Source of the DNA: Hormiphora californensis
Lineage: Eukaryota > Animalia > Ctenophora
NCBI GenBank assembly: GCA_020137815.1
Contig: CM035358.1
Coordinates: 4,774,001-4,838,000 of the forward strand
DNA length: 64,000 bases
Direction of reading: 5' to 3'
Below the pieces are notes generated by a model that saw only the letters and a list, made by a program, of their open reading frames with translations, was not told where the DNA came from and did not search any database. The number at the start of each line of letters is the position of its first letter. Positions within the stretch are counted from its first letter, which is position 1. The position numbers and the translations under genes were made by a program. Shown here in pieces: positions 29,426-42,411 of the stretch.

Positions 29426-29835
29426 CGTGTGACGTCATGACCGTATTATGACGTCATTAAACCACACAGTTCAGCTCTCTCTCCGGGGGAAAATGCAGCA
29501 CCGCTCCAGACAAGATATATATCTCGCAATGGGGAGAGAGAGGGACACTGCAGATAGCTAGGGAATTATATGACACAGAATGAAACAGTTATGTATGGGC
29601 AAAAAAGACTGATAATGATATACATATGAAGCGCACGTTTTCATAGTTCGAAAAGTTATTAGAGTTCAATAACTATAACTCTCTTTGATCTGACAATATT
29701 AATACACCGGAATATTTTGTATGAGAGGGGTAAAACCATGAATAAGATATAGAGCATTGGGGGGACCTTAAGTGCCGAATAAAGCAAATAATTTCTACTA
29801 AACTATAATTGTAGGGAGAATATTATAGTAGAGAG

Positions 29836-29944
29836 CAGGAACCGACCGAATCAGGAAATACTGGTCCCTGATTGGCTGATAACCAGTCACGTGACCTAAA
29901 TAACAAGTTCTGATAGGTTGTTTACTTGGTTCGGTCGGTTCCTA
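29836..29944 (-). mobile_element. 109-bp hAT-type MITE, copy 4 (reverse orientation)
   Basis: Full copy downstream of the PTP stop; no TSD visible. Confidence 0.88.
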
Positions 29945-30256
29945 GTCCATATATATACCTTTTGTATTGCTGTTTGTACGGAGAAAATTAGTCAAAATTT
30001 ATTAATAATATTATTATATTCTGTCTGCGATTTGTCATAAGCTGCTCGACACGTTTATCACGACATATATTGATGTGTTCATTTTTCATGTTTTTCAGCA
30101 ACCGACCGAGTGCCAATTATGAGTGTGATTTTTTTTCAGTGGCTGGTACCCACTGCAATGATATGTTTCTGTCAGCTTTCACTATCACGTTAAAAATATT
30201 TGGCGAGAGAGAGGAGAATGCGAATTGAGAGAGAAAGAGAGAGATAATGAATGAGA

Positions 30257-30361
<105 letters not shown>

Positions 30362-32679
30362 TGGGAGAGAGAGAGGGAGAGAGAGATCTCAGTCGTGTCA
30401 TTAAATGTGTGTTACAGGCCGATTTATTCACATCCCTATCAATTGTGTTAAAACTTCAATTTTTAGCAAAGTTATATCAGCCTTTTTATTTTGTCTCAAA
30501 ATACTAGGATACAAAGTTCTCTATCTCTCCCGGAAAGCACCCTCTCAACGTATGTTCTCTATTTCGCTGAGAAAGAACTTCTTGTCCAATCAAAATGAAA
30601 ACACGGTTTAGGTACTATAAACACGCTGTCTGGCGGCAACAGTGTGCTCAGATCGGGTCAGTAGTACTGACTCAGTACTATTGGGGACGTCACGACCCTC
30701 AGTACGCCCCTCTGTGTTCTTGGTAATGGTTGGTGACATGGATATACCTGTGCGAGATGGACGTCACGTGCGACTGAGATCGATCCCACAAACACGCAGT
30801 GAGAATAGGTGGTATTACCATGGTAATGCACCAATGTTCTTGGTACCATATTGCCACCTATTCTCGATCCGGATCTCAAGCTCAGTCGCAACGTCGATCT
30901 CACATAGGTGTCCATGAGGACACATAATATGTGACATAATATAATGTGTGACATGTGTGAGATCGACGTCGCATGACACCAATCTTAGTGTTCATGCGCT
31001 AAGTTTCGTGTCCCCCTCACTCACTGTTATATGGCGGCGCCCATACCCCAATTTGATTCTCAAATCTGACAGTGCGCTCAGACAGCTCACTCAGGGGGCA
31101 GAACCACCCATGTGCGACTGTTTGAGATCGAGCTCACACATAAAATATATGACAATGGTACCACTACCAAGCGAGTTCGGACCAGCCGCGCCGAGAGACT
31201 CATGCCCGTTTTTCACCCACCTTTTCTTTGGTACCATTGCATTTGCTTTGACATGTTCCTTGTCTGTCAGCTCTCACACCGGGCCGAAGGCCCGGTGCGA
31301 GCTTACGCGAGCCCGAAGGGCGAGCGTAAGCTTAAGTGCCGATAGACAGACTGCGTAGCATGGCAACATTTGCTACCTCTCTGCTCGATATTGCTCAAGC
31401 GAAGTGTCCATTATGACACTAACTTGGTACCATTGCCACCTATTCTCGCTTCGTGGAATCGATCTCAGTCGCGTGCAACTTCGATCTCGCCGTGTATGGC
31501 GGCGCCATAGTCCATACCCATAATTTGATTCTCAATCAGTGCTCTCAAATGGGGTCGCGGCGCGAGACAGATCTCGCACATGTGTCCATGTCACCAACCC
31601 TTTCCTGTTCCACATGGTAACAAAGTAAAACACGTCATCTCACACTTGTGTCAAATATTCTTGTTCACAGCGTTATACATTCACATAAAATTGTGTTACA
31701 AAACATTTCGTTACATGTGTTTTACACGTAAACAGTCCTCCTCAACTTCTTTCTAACAGTTTCCCAGTTTCTAATTTCCATCTGTCCGGCGGCGCTGACC
31801 CGATCTGGGCGCATTGTCAAAACGGGGTCTGGCGCCGCCAGACACTAGACAGGCTTCCATTGTACTCAAAGAGAAACTCCCTAGCTCCAAATTGTCTATG
31901 AATGTCTCCTATTCTTGTGTAAAACTCCCTAGCACGTATTTTGAGTAGCTCTCTGACTCTCTGAGTCTGAGCTTATCGAGCTGTGTAGTAGCAGATCATG
32001 ATCATACACGTTGTACTTCTAGTACCCGAGACTCAGGTACTATAGAAGTACAACTGGGTAGTTGGACTCAGGTCCTGAGTCCAACTACCCAATGCAATAC
32101 TGCTATCTATTATCTAAATGCATCTGTTAAACCGAGTTTGCGAACACCTCAAAACATAATACCTCTCCTCCTTCAACACGATAAACAGTCAAAATAAACA
32201 ATAATATATTATGTACAAAAAATCACATCTTCCTTATTTCGGTTCATAGGGTTTTGCAGAAGATCTATGCACAAAACCACAATGAACAAAAAAAACGATA
32301 AAAAATTAAACAAACTCAACAATAAAAGAACATCTCTCTCGATATCTTCTCTTATTCCCTCGGCCTCTTTCTCACCACACTTTTTCGCAAGCTCCAGCAG
32401 CAATAAATTTTTCAAAAATCAAATACGCACACACAGAGCACGCAATATCTTCTCACCCAATTCCTCGCCATCTTAGGAATTGGTTTCCCTTCGGAGTAAA
32501 AGTTTCTACCACAAATCTAGAATGCAGCTCCCTCACAGCAACAATAACAGCCCAGCAACATGGCACACGTGCATATAACATCTGCCGGGCAGGGCATGCA
32601 GCAAATCTGACAGAGTTCTTGTGTGGAGCGCGGTAACCATGGCAACAACATTTCCCCTAATTATTATATGGCACGCGGC

Positions 32680-35600
32680 TCAAGCAGCTGCTGACCATAG
32701 TACAGTCACTAATAGAGATAGCAAGAGGTGAAGGGATGTGGAGGGGGAGCTGTCTGTTGCAGTCTGTTCCTTGGTATCAGTGGGTGTCACCTGGAAGAGG
32801 GGAGAGGTTAGAAGTTGGTTTAGATTCTGTGTTAGAACGCTATCCTCCAGATAAAACAATCAAAAACAGATAAACAAACAAGGCTGCTATTGAGATTACA
32901 ATTGATTCTGGTATTTCTGTAACAGTAGATAACTCCTTATAGAGAGACCCCATCAATAAGTTCACTAGGAACCGACCGAAACAAGTAAACAACCAATCAG
33001 AACTCGTTATTTAGGTCACGTGACTGGTTATCAGCCAATCAGGGACCAGCATTTCCTGATTCGGTCGGTTCCTGAAGTTCACGTACCCTTAGTTCATAGT
33101 TAAGAACGTCCCGTCCCTTGGTATTTGAGGCCACACACTGGTAATCCCCGGTGTTGATATCTCTGGTTTTCCTTATTACAAGCACACTCTCCTAGGAAGA
33201 AGTGGGTTGTTGAAATGTAAATGGTTGTTGAGGTGGAGGCTCAACAAAGGAAATGTGAGAAACTGACTGTGCCAGTAAATTGAGTGGTGCAGGAGTAATC
33301 CAGATTGAATGTAGATTCTCCTAGGAACATCACTACTTACCACGAGGAACTCGTTTTTCTTGTGCAAGCTCTTCTCAAAGTTCACGGGAAGGTTTTGGTT
33401 GGTTTGGGTGTCTGTTGTGGTTATTCTCTGGTTATTCAGCCACCACTCAATAACTGGTGGAGGATAGGACCGTACCTGAAAACGGGTGAAATGGTCAGAG
33501 ATGTGGTTATAGTTGTTAGGGTGGGTCACATAATTGGTTAGGGAATAAGGGGACAAACGGATGAAGAATCAAGAAACTAAAGCGCTATATTGATTGATGT
33601 TTTTGGATAATTAGGCACCCCAATGGCCAATATATTACCTCACAAGACAGGCTAATATCTACTCCAGGTCCAACGTCCTTCAGGTAGGTCTGAGTATCCT
33701 GATTGTACACGATATCTTTAGGAGGGTGGATCACAGGCTTGCTTTCTGGAGGGAGAGGAGGAGTTTAGAAACTTTGAAAAAAGATACAATGTACTTCTAA
33801 AGCCGAATAAAAGCTGCTCATTTTTTGTGTGGCTCACACCCGAAACCGCGCTCGCCGCTCTGGTTAGGGTCGGTAGATCAACTCAATTTCTAAAGAAAAA
33901 AAAGTTATTAAAATTAGACTTACCGCTCGGCTGAGAAGTGTTAAACACCGCTACGTCACTGTAGTCTCCCTCCCCCGCATAGTTACTGGCGACTATCTTG
34001 ATACTGTACTGAGTCAGGGCGTTCAGGCCGGTTAGAGTATAACGCTGCTCCTCTACAGACCTTATTTGTCGGTAGTAACTCTCACTTTCACCTTTGTATG
34101 ATATCTGAAGGGAATTAGAGTTTAGATATTACTATACTGTCCGTGTGATACCGGACCACCGGCCTCGAGATGCCTGTCAGACCAATGCTCTGACTGCGAC
34201 AGCCTGATATCAGCTGATATGGTACCAGTTGTGTAAGTATTTTGTAAATCAGGTGTCGATCGGATGTAAATCAAAAACCGATTGAATGTTGTAAATCAAG
34301 GATTCTTATCTATCTCTTTACCTCGTAATTGATAACAACTCCCATATTTTCAGAATTCTGCCACGAGATTTCAAGACTGTTTCCTGTCTTGTCTAGCAGT
34401 GTAATGTCTTTCGGTTTACCAGGAGGTTCTGAAAAGGGCGAATCGTCAGAAAAGTGAATGATTCATGAAGGAGCAATTGAATGATTTATGAAGGAGCAAT
34501 TGAATACTTGGTAAAGAAGCAACTAAACACTTTGTAAAGGAGCAATTGAATACTTTATGAAGGAGCAATTGAATACTTTATGAAGGAGCAGCTTCAAACC
34601 TACCCATGACGGTCATGCGTTGTGTTTCCGATGTGAATTGTATTGTTTTCTGTTGACCAATTATACAATTACACCCATATTTGGCAGTATCAATGTCCTC
34701 CAGGTCGTATATCTTCATTGTGTCTGTGGGATACCCGTACGGACTATTCACATATCTGAAATAGTGGGTTGTTAATCAGCTTATCTGTTTACAGTGAATA
34801 AAATGGATGAAAGAAGCTGTGTCAAGTAAAATACATTTCCACAGAGAGGATTGGGGGAGGGTGAATATATAATGATAAATAATTACATAGTTACTAATCG
34901 GTTACTTACTGAAATTTATTGCCAGCCGGTGAGGCTCCATCGACAAACCACGCCCACTGCATATCTCCCCTGAACTGATCGAGCTGATTACACTCACAGT
35001 GGAGAGTGATCGTGGTTCCTTGTCTTGCTACTCCCTTCCGAAGAGGCGGGTCAAATGATACCTCGGGACGACCTGAAAGAGGATGTTGGTCACAATTATA
35101 ATCATCATTTTTGGGCTAGAAGATAAAAACTAAAACCGCCCATCCCCTACAGAGCGGATGTACAAAGACCCGGGAAATTAGCTACTCACTTGTACAGAGT
35201 GTCACGAAATCAATTGAAACAGCCGGTTGATCGCTAAACTTGGGCGAGCTAAGGCAACTCCAATTCCCCACAATATTCTGATATCCACCTAGAGCACACG
35301 CTGAGGGGTTAGGGAGAGGGGAAAGAGGGTTAGGGGCATGTCGCACTTCACTTCACTTTAGCTCTCCCGCCATCACCACTTTATAGTTATACAGGTGTGT
35401 TGTCGTGGTGTTTAGATGCGAATCAGGTGTGTTGGCGGGTGGTTGGTGCGGTTTCTTCTTGTGGTATGGCGGGTGATGATGGCTGATTCTTAATCGAATT
35501 TTTCTACTACTAAATCGTTGTTTTCTTTAGTTGTGTTTGGGCTGGCAGTGAAGTTGTGATGGTAGTGGGAGTGATGAATATTGTCGGGCAGTGGTTCAGT

Positions 35601-36122
35601 GGTGGTGTACCGTGTACTTACAGTGCTGCTTGTAGTCGTATTACCGTAATGGAAATACAGTAATGAGACGCACACGTTGCATAACGCGCGGCAAAAAGTG
35701 CATGTGTCAGCACGACAGCACGTACTAGCGTACTGATTGGCCACGGTTGCGTGTCGTCTTACTGTATCTCCGTTTTCCATTACCGTTTTCCTACTACAAG
35801 CGACCGTGTTATGATGTTGGGCAGTGGTTGTAGCAAACTCGTGAATTGTGATAATGGTGACAATTATAGGACGATATACATTAGACAGAGAATTGGCGGA
35901 GGAATGAAAAAAACTGAAAAATGAATACGAAGAGTAAGTTTGGCTGAAGAGATGTAATTGGAATGATGACGCAAGGAAAAAGGAGAATAGCTGTTTTATA
36001 GATGAGGAATGTAACTAATACGAGCTGAGAAGAGAAAATGAAACAATGAAAGCTGATAGAGATGGAAATAAGGGTTACAGTATAACGACTGAACCAGCTA
36101 AAAATTCAGCCAAAATCACACA

Positions 36123-36221
<99 letters not shown>

Positions 36222-36770
36222 TAAATTGACAGAGAGACAGGAAGGATGTTAGACAACAAAACAGGGAGAGAAAAAGGAGGATGCTCAATCAGAGGTGCTT
36301 GTAAAACCCACACAAAATAAAAAACACAGATGCAGTATAATTGTTATGTGTTGTTGTATTGTTGTTGTGTATTGTCGAGTGGTTTTGTGTGTATCCTACT
36401 GTAATTAGTCCTTGTTTTCCAGTTTCTCGTGTCCAAGTATTAGTTCAGATAAGTCGGTCAAGTCTCAGGAGAGAGAAGGTATCATTCCATTAGTTCTTCA
36501 TTCAAAAAGGTCACATTGATTATTTTTCATTTCATTAAAATGTATTTGATTATCGTGGTGATCACTCCACACATATTTCGCCTTGAAAACCTACTCTTTT
36601 GTTATATTTTCAAGGCGAATAATTAGTGAACTTTTGTAACGATTTTGAGAATTCTAAAACTGTTACAAATGTTTAAAAATCAAGGCTCAATCACACGCTC
36701 ACACTCACAGCGAAATCAAACCCAGCTAGAAAATAAAACTTGAAAGTGTGTTTCTCCGTGAAAAAGAAGC

Positions 36771-36838
<68 letters not shown>

Positions 36839-37393
36839 CACCTCCTAGTTGCACAGCGAGGGGGAAGGGGAATGTTTACTTACTTGCATTGATTTTCAGT
36901 TTTAGCACATAGGCTCCGCTTTCGTCTTGAGCGAATTCAAGATTAAACAAGGATGCAGGAAGAACATCGGACACTGGTGAACCATCCTGAGAGACAATAT
37001 AATTGTTAGTACTGCAGCCGTGGAAAGATAGGTATAAATCACTCCTGAACAATTTTTGGATCTTGCATATTATCTCCCTAATTGTCAGGCCAATGCTCTG
37101 ACCACAGTTCTCGAGAATAGGGTCAGGCCAATGCTCTGACAGTTCCCTCACTGGTACTGATACGGATCGTATGTATGTGGAGATGGGGTTTATTGGCGAA
37201 TGGTTTGACAGTTTGTGTTTGCAACTAACCTTTAGAAATGCTATGTTAGGTTCACTGGTAGTACCGGAAACTTTACAAGTTATCGTGGCATCCATTTCAC
37301 TGTTGTATATAAAGTACTGAACTCCGTCCCGTTGGTAGGAGTACACGTTGGTACCCATCATTTCTATTGTCTGACTGCTGGCTGTGGTGATCA
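32680..37393 (-). CDS. Ig-superfamily adhesion-like protein Ig-Ig-FN3-Ig with C-terminal GPI-type signal; signal-peptide exon not located
   Basis: Approximate exons 37393-37230, 36986-36885, 35300-35190, 35072-34910, 34755-34604, 34428-34322, 34104-33925, 33745-33639, 33475-33341, 33191-33087, 32790-32680 read in frame: ATITCKV, TITLHCEC..WAWF..DTAKYGC, LEISWQ..YTLTGLNALTQYSIKIVASN, ISLSCEVRSYPPPVIEWW..NTGDYQCVASN, tail DSSPSTSLHLLLSLLVTVLWSAAA stop. Confidence 0.88.
32966..33074 (+). mobile_element. 109-bp hAT-type MITE, copy 5
   Basis: 8-bp TSD AAGTTCAC; inserted immediately next to a splice donor of the Ig gene. Confidence 0.92.
34465..34592. repeat. ~23-bp tandem repeat ATGAAGGAGCAATTGAATACTTT x~6
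   Basis: Fills most of a short intron of the Ig gene. Confidence 0.8.
35628..35801. mobile_element. Degenerate inverted-repeat element (MITE-like)
   Basis: GCTTGTAGT..GTAATGGAAA..TACAGTAA at the left end, with its imperfect reverse complement TTACTGTA..TTTCCATTAC..ACTACAAGC at the right end. Confidence 0.6.
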
Positions 37394-37955
37394 CTGTGAG
37401 GGAATGGGGATGTTAGAAATTGGGGTTTAGAAGAAGGGGTTAGGGAGGTTAGGAAATGGGGTTTAGGAGAATGATCGTGGTTTGATATGGGTGTTTGTCG
37501 GGAGACAAATGCAAATGTGGAAACTCCCAAAAACGGTCTCCCAGATTTTCCCACGCGCCGCGCAACTAGCGTGAATGCGCGTTCACCCCTACGCTCTCTC
37601 CCCCGCGCCCTCCAACACCACATCCATGATTGCCTTCTGACATGCAGCAGCACTGGGCACTACCCCTGAGAACTCGACACACGATTTATCATTTATACCA
37701 CTAAAATTCCCTTCCCTGCCTCTCTCTCATAATTCCGACAGGATGAGAAATATGGGAATTATTTGAGGGGGACCTTGAAAGATAATGAGAAACGGGAAGA
37801 TTTGTAGAGAGAGAGAGAGAGAGATTAGAAACATGCTCACCATTTACTACTACCCTGGTGTCCGAATGATAGATTGATTATCCCTAAAGGAGAGAGCTCT
37901 ATTCTTCTAAACGTAGCCTGGTAAACATTAAACTAGATAGTCTGTCTGTGATCGG

Positions 37956-37988
<33 letters not shown>

Positions 37989-39284
37989 GTGTGGAGAGAA
38001 AGATATAACTAGAACTCAAAAAGAGAAACTATAAAAGAAAGAGAAACTGTTGAACTAAAACTTCCTTGTTTTACTTGTAAAAGAAAGAGATAGGGAGTGA
38101 GGAATTTTATGTAGTTACCCTATGTCTGTTGCAATTTTGAATTCGAGGAAGCGAGAAGCGCCAGTACAATAACCACTTGATGACTTAGCAATAGTAAAAA
38201 AGGGAAGATAGGAGACAGAGAGAGAAAGAAAGAGAGGAAGAGATAGAAGGATATGACTCTTCCGTCCTATTTCATACTTCTTATGTCACATATTGATAAT
38301 ATCTCCGATATATGAAGGATCGAGAAGGAGGGAAACAATAAAAAGATATGTGCATGTCTTTTGAAGAGGGGGAATGGATGAAGGGGTATTGCATTGCTTG
38401 TTGTATACAAATGAATGTTCATTTGTTTAGTAATTTCAGGTTTCCCACTGCTGTGCAAGATCACAGTCGTGAGAGAGAGAGAGGGACCGGTACTCTCAAC
38501 TTGGGTTTGTGATCAGAGACCCCCCCCCCCCCCAGTCGTGAAAGAGAGAGAGAGGGACAGTACTGTCAACTCTCCAGGGGTTTCTATCTCTGGGAATGGG
38601 GATAGGGTTTCATGTAATTCACTCTCTAAACACACTCTCTCTCCCCCCTTCTCTCTCTTTTTCTCTCCAATTTATTTGCACCAAACTCTCTAATTCTGTC
38701 AAAAGGATCAACAAAGTTCGTCTGTCAGTCTCCCATGTGGAATGAAGGGAAATAAAAAATAGAGATTTAGTGATAGACCGGAATTCTAAAAAGAGACCCT
38801 TATTATAGCCCGATCTGAGCTACTAGACAGTTACTACAGAGAACGGGAGAGAGAGGAGCGTAGAGCTATGGCAACAGGAATTTTAGTGCCGCCAATTTGG
38901 GCGAAAACTATAGCACACATCTGCCTCCTTATGTTCTTTTGGTATCTTTCTCTCGCTCCTAAATCCTAATCTTTCTTTATTTCTCTCTCTCCGCTTCTCT
39001 CTCCCTCCCTCTTGGCTCTCCCTCCCTCCAGTCTCCCCTCTCTCTCTCTCTCTCTACACACGTGCACCAGATGTTTTCTCTTCCTCTCCGTGCCGGTCAG
39101 ACTATCTCCAAATAAAATGAGATATTAATGGTTCTGTGAGTGGTGCGGGGAGGGAGAACATGATCTAATAGTATGACAATCTTGAATCTGAAAGGGTATA
39201 AAAAGCTAGTTTAGCTGACAATTCTGACATCTCTCTCTCTCCCGACTCATTCTCTGATCTCTCTCTCCCTCCCTACTCCTTCTC

Positions 39285-39383
<99 letters not shown>

Positions 39384-40196
39384 ACACTTTCTGTCTACCT
39401 TTGACAGGGTAAAATGGCACGTGACAAGCCACCATTGATTGGAGCGATCTAAACTTGTACACCTTACTCTCTTTAACTCTCGCAATCCTGATTGTCAGTT
39501 TAGGTTCAGACAGGATTGGAGTTCTTCCTCTTCTCTCCCTATCTCTCTCCCTTCCTGTCGCCTCTCTCTCTATCTCTCCCTTCCTGTCGTCTCTCTCTCT
39601 CTCTCTATTTCTGTCTCACCGAGTGACAGTAGTACCAAAAGCTGAGCTCCTAAGTGCTCCCTATCAACGCACCAATCGACCTAAATACCCTGCCCTTTTA
39701 CACCAAGCTGCAGGGTAGCAAGTAGTATAACAGGAAACACAGACTTTACATCATCGCTCGCTCTCTCTCTATCTCTCTCTCTCTCCCCACACCCACATTA
39801 CATATATGCCTGCATGTAGGACATTGTAAATGTTGGGGAGCGATATTATATCCCCCCATGTTTTTCAGATCCCAAGCCCACACGTGACACTAAACTACCC
39901 TACCCCCTCTTCCCAAGCAGTTTTGACATACAGGGCCTGATTGAGTTAACCCCTGTCGCAGTCAGGGTGTCGTCAGAGTGGGAGGGGGCGGGGAGTGGGA
40001 CAACCCAATTACTGTGGGAAGGGGGCTTGACAGGAAGAGAGAGGGAAAAAATGCTTCTTCTCTTGGGGATAAACCTTCAGATTGAATTTAGGACTGATCA
40101 TTCGCTGATTGAGAAAAGTTTGTGCAAGAAGACCGACAGACAAACTGATGCTGTATGGAGATAAAAGAGAGAGAGAAAGAGAGAGGGAGAAAGAGA

Positions 40197-40236
<40 letters not shown>

Positions 40237-40920
40237 AGTTGGAGATAGTTTAGTGTAGGTGCTAAAACAGAGAACTCATGCAACTCCTTTTTAAAACGTT
40301 CCGTGCAAACCACTTTAAATCCTAATACTAAAGAAGAAGAAGGAGCTGTCGACAAAGCGGGAGACTGGAGGGCGGAGTTTTAGGTTTTAAAACGTACCTT
40401 CTTGTATATTCTCTTCCAACTCTGTTTCTGTGCAAACTCCTTCTCTCATCAAAATTAACACTCACTTCTCCAACGTTTTAACTATTATTTGAACTGACAG
40501 GTTCCTTAACATAACAGTCTTGAATTGAAAAAGCTTCTTTCTATCTTTTTTCTCCAAACAGAGTGTCTCTCTCCATCAAAATGACACAATCAGAATGACT
40601 CCTTGCCCCAGTAATTTACCACATACACACCGCGGGTGTAAGCATTAAACGAATTGCCTCGCTGTTTGCAGGGGGCGCTGGGTAGGAAGTATGGGTATAC
40701 TGTGTATCTTTTTCTCCCTATCTTCCAAGGAGAGAATGAGAGAGATAGAGATAGATAGAAAGAGAGAGAGATAGAGATAGAGGAAGATAGAGAGAAAGAT
40801 AGAAAGAAGAGAGACAAAAAGAGGGAAGGAGAGACAGCAAGGTACCTGTGACCCAATCAGTCTGCAGCAGCATTTTGTGTGTACACTGTACACGTCATAC
40901 CGCTCCAATCAAACTTAGCA

Positions 40921-41003
<83 letters not shown>

Positions 41004-41149
41004 ACTACATCTTGTTGCTGACTAACCATTGCTTGCAGAGTGCACGCAGTAACAGCCTAATCAGATCATCTAGACGTTCATTGTGAGCGAAGGAAGATCA
41101 CGTGATATACTGTAGACATTGTGGAGAGTGAGAGAGAGAGTGAGAGAGA

Positions 41150-41195
<46 letters not shown>

Positions 41196-42353
41196 GAGAG
41201 AGAGAGAGAGAGAGGGGGAGAGAGAGAGGGAGAGAGAGAGAGAAAGAAGAATTTAGTGGTGGCAGGGAATTACGCCAATTGATCTTGCAGCAGAAAAAGC
41301 TCCAAGAAGATGCACGAATTGGCCCGGCAAGATTTGGTAAAAAATACATGTCGGCCAAATTTATACCAAAAATATCTTGAAAATGAAAGATGTAAAAACA
41401 ACTCTCCCAAAATTCGACCTCTTACCTCCCTACATTTAGATATCCCCAACTTCCCCTATTAAAAGTGTGTGTGTCGACTGTCGCATGCACCATGCACCAT
41501 GCCATAGTATCCCATGTCGTTCCAATCTATATTGATTCAGACGGGGCAGAGCAGCCGTAGTGGCCAGTGGCGACATTGTCTCGGGCGCCATCCCCCCTTC
41601 TAAACTAGGGTGGCCTGCCCTGTATAGCACCCCCTCTCGAGGCCCTCCCTTCCCCCTGAAATGTCTATCACAGTGGTCTAGACACCACATCTGCTGCACC
41701 TTTTCTAACTCTTTCCCTCTCTCTTCTTTCTTCTTTTCTATCATGTTTCTACCTCCTTCCCCCACACACAAGAACACTATATGCTTGCATGCGGAATGAA
41801 CACACTCACTATAACATGCAGAACACAGGGTGGCGTCAAGGATATATCACACATGAGCATGTGTGATGTCACGTGTCACATAATGATGTCACAGGGTTGG
41901 GACGTTATGTCTGAATATCATGTATGACGTCACAATGATGGCAACCTAATTATAGTTCTGATCATCTCCCTACGGAGTAGTGTGATCTACTAACGACCAT
42001 GTTCTGGAATGAGAGATCGCGAGCTATGCCGTAATAATGGGTTGACAAATTCTTTACACACATCACACATACAGTAAAACGTGAGTTGGTCATATTGTCT
42101 CTGAGAGAATTGCGGCCCCCATTACCGTGTGTGACGTTATTGCTCATTATGATGAGGTCATCCAAGCAATTTTACCAACTATTCATCATCTCTTGCATCA
42201 ACATGGTTCTAGGCGGTGGTTTTGATGGGGGTCTAAGGATTTAGGGGTAGCAGGTATCACTTAGGTTCTCTCATGATAATCTCTCACATCGCCAAGCAAT
42301 TAATCACCATATCACAGTCCTTGAGATCTCCTGACACGGGTGTGTCAAGAGCA

Positions 42354-42411
<58 letters not shown>

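Noticed and set aside
35490-35780. Cys-rich 96-aa minus-strand ORF
   Set aside because: Runs through an inverted-repeat element inside an intron; no exon support.
37835-37890. ATG|GTGAGC as first coding exon of the Ig gene
   Set aside because: Phase 0 joined to the next exon gives ATG-TGA and supplies no signal peptide.
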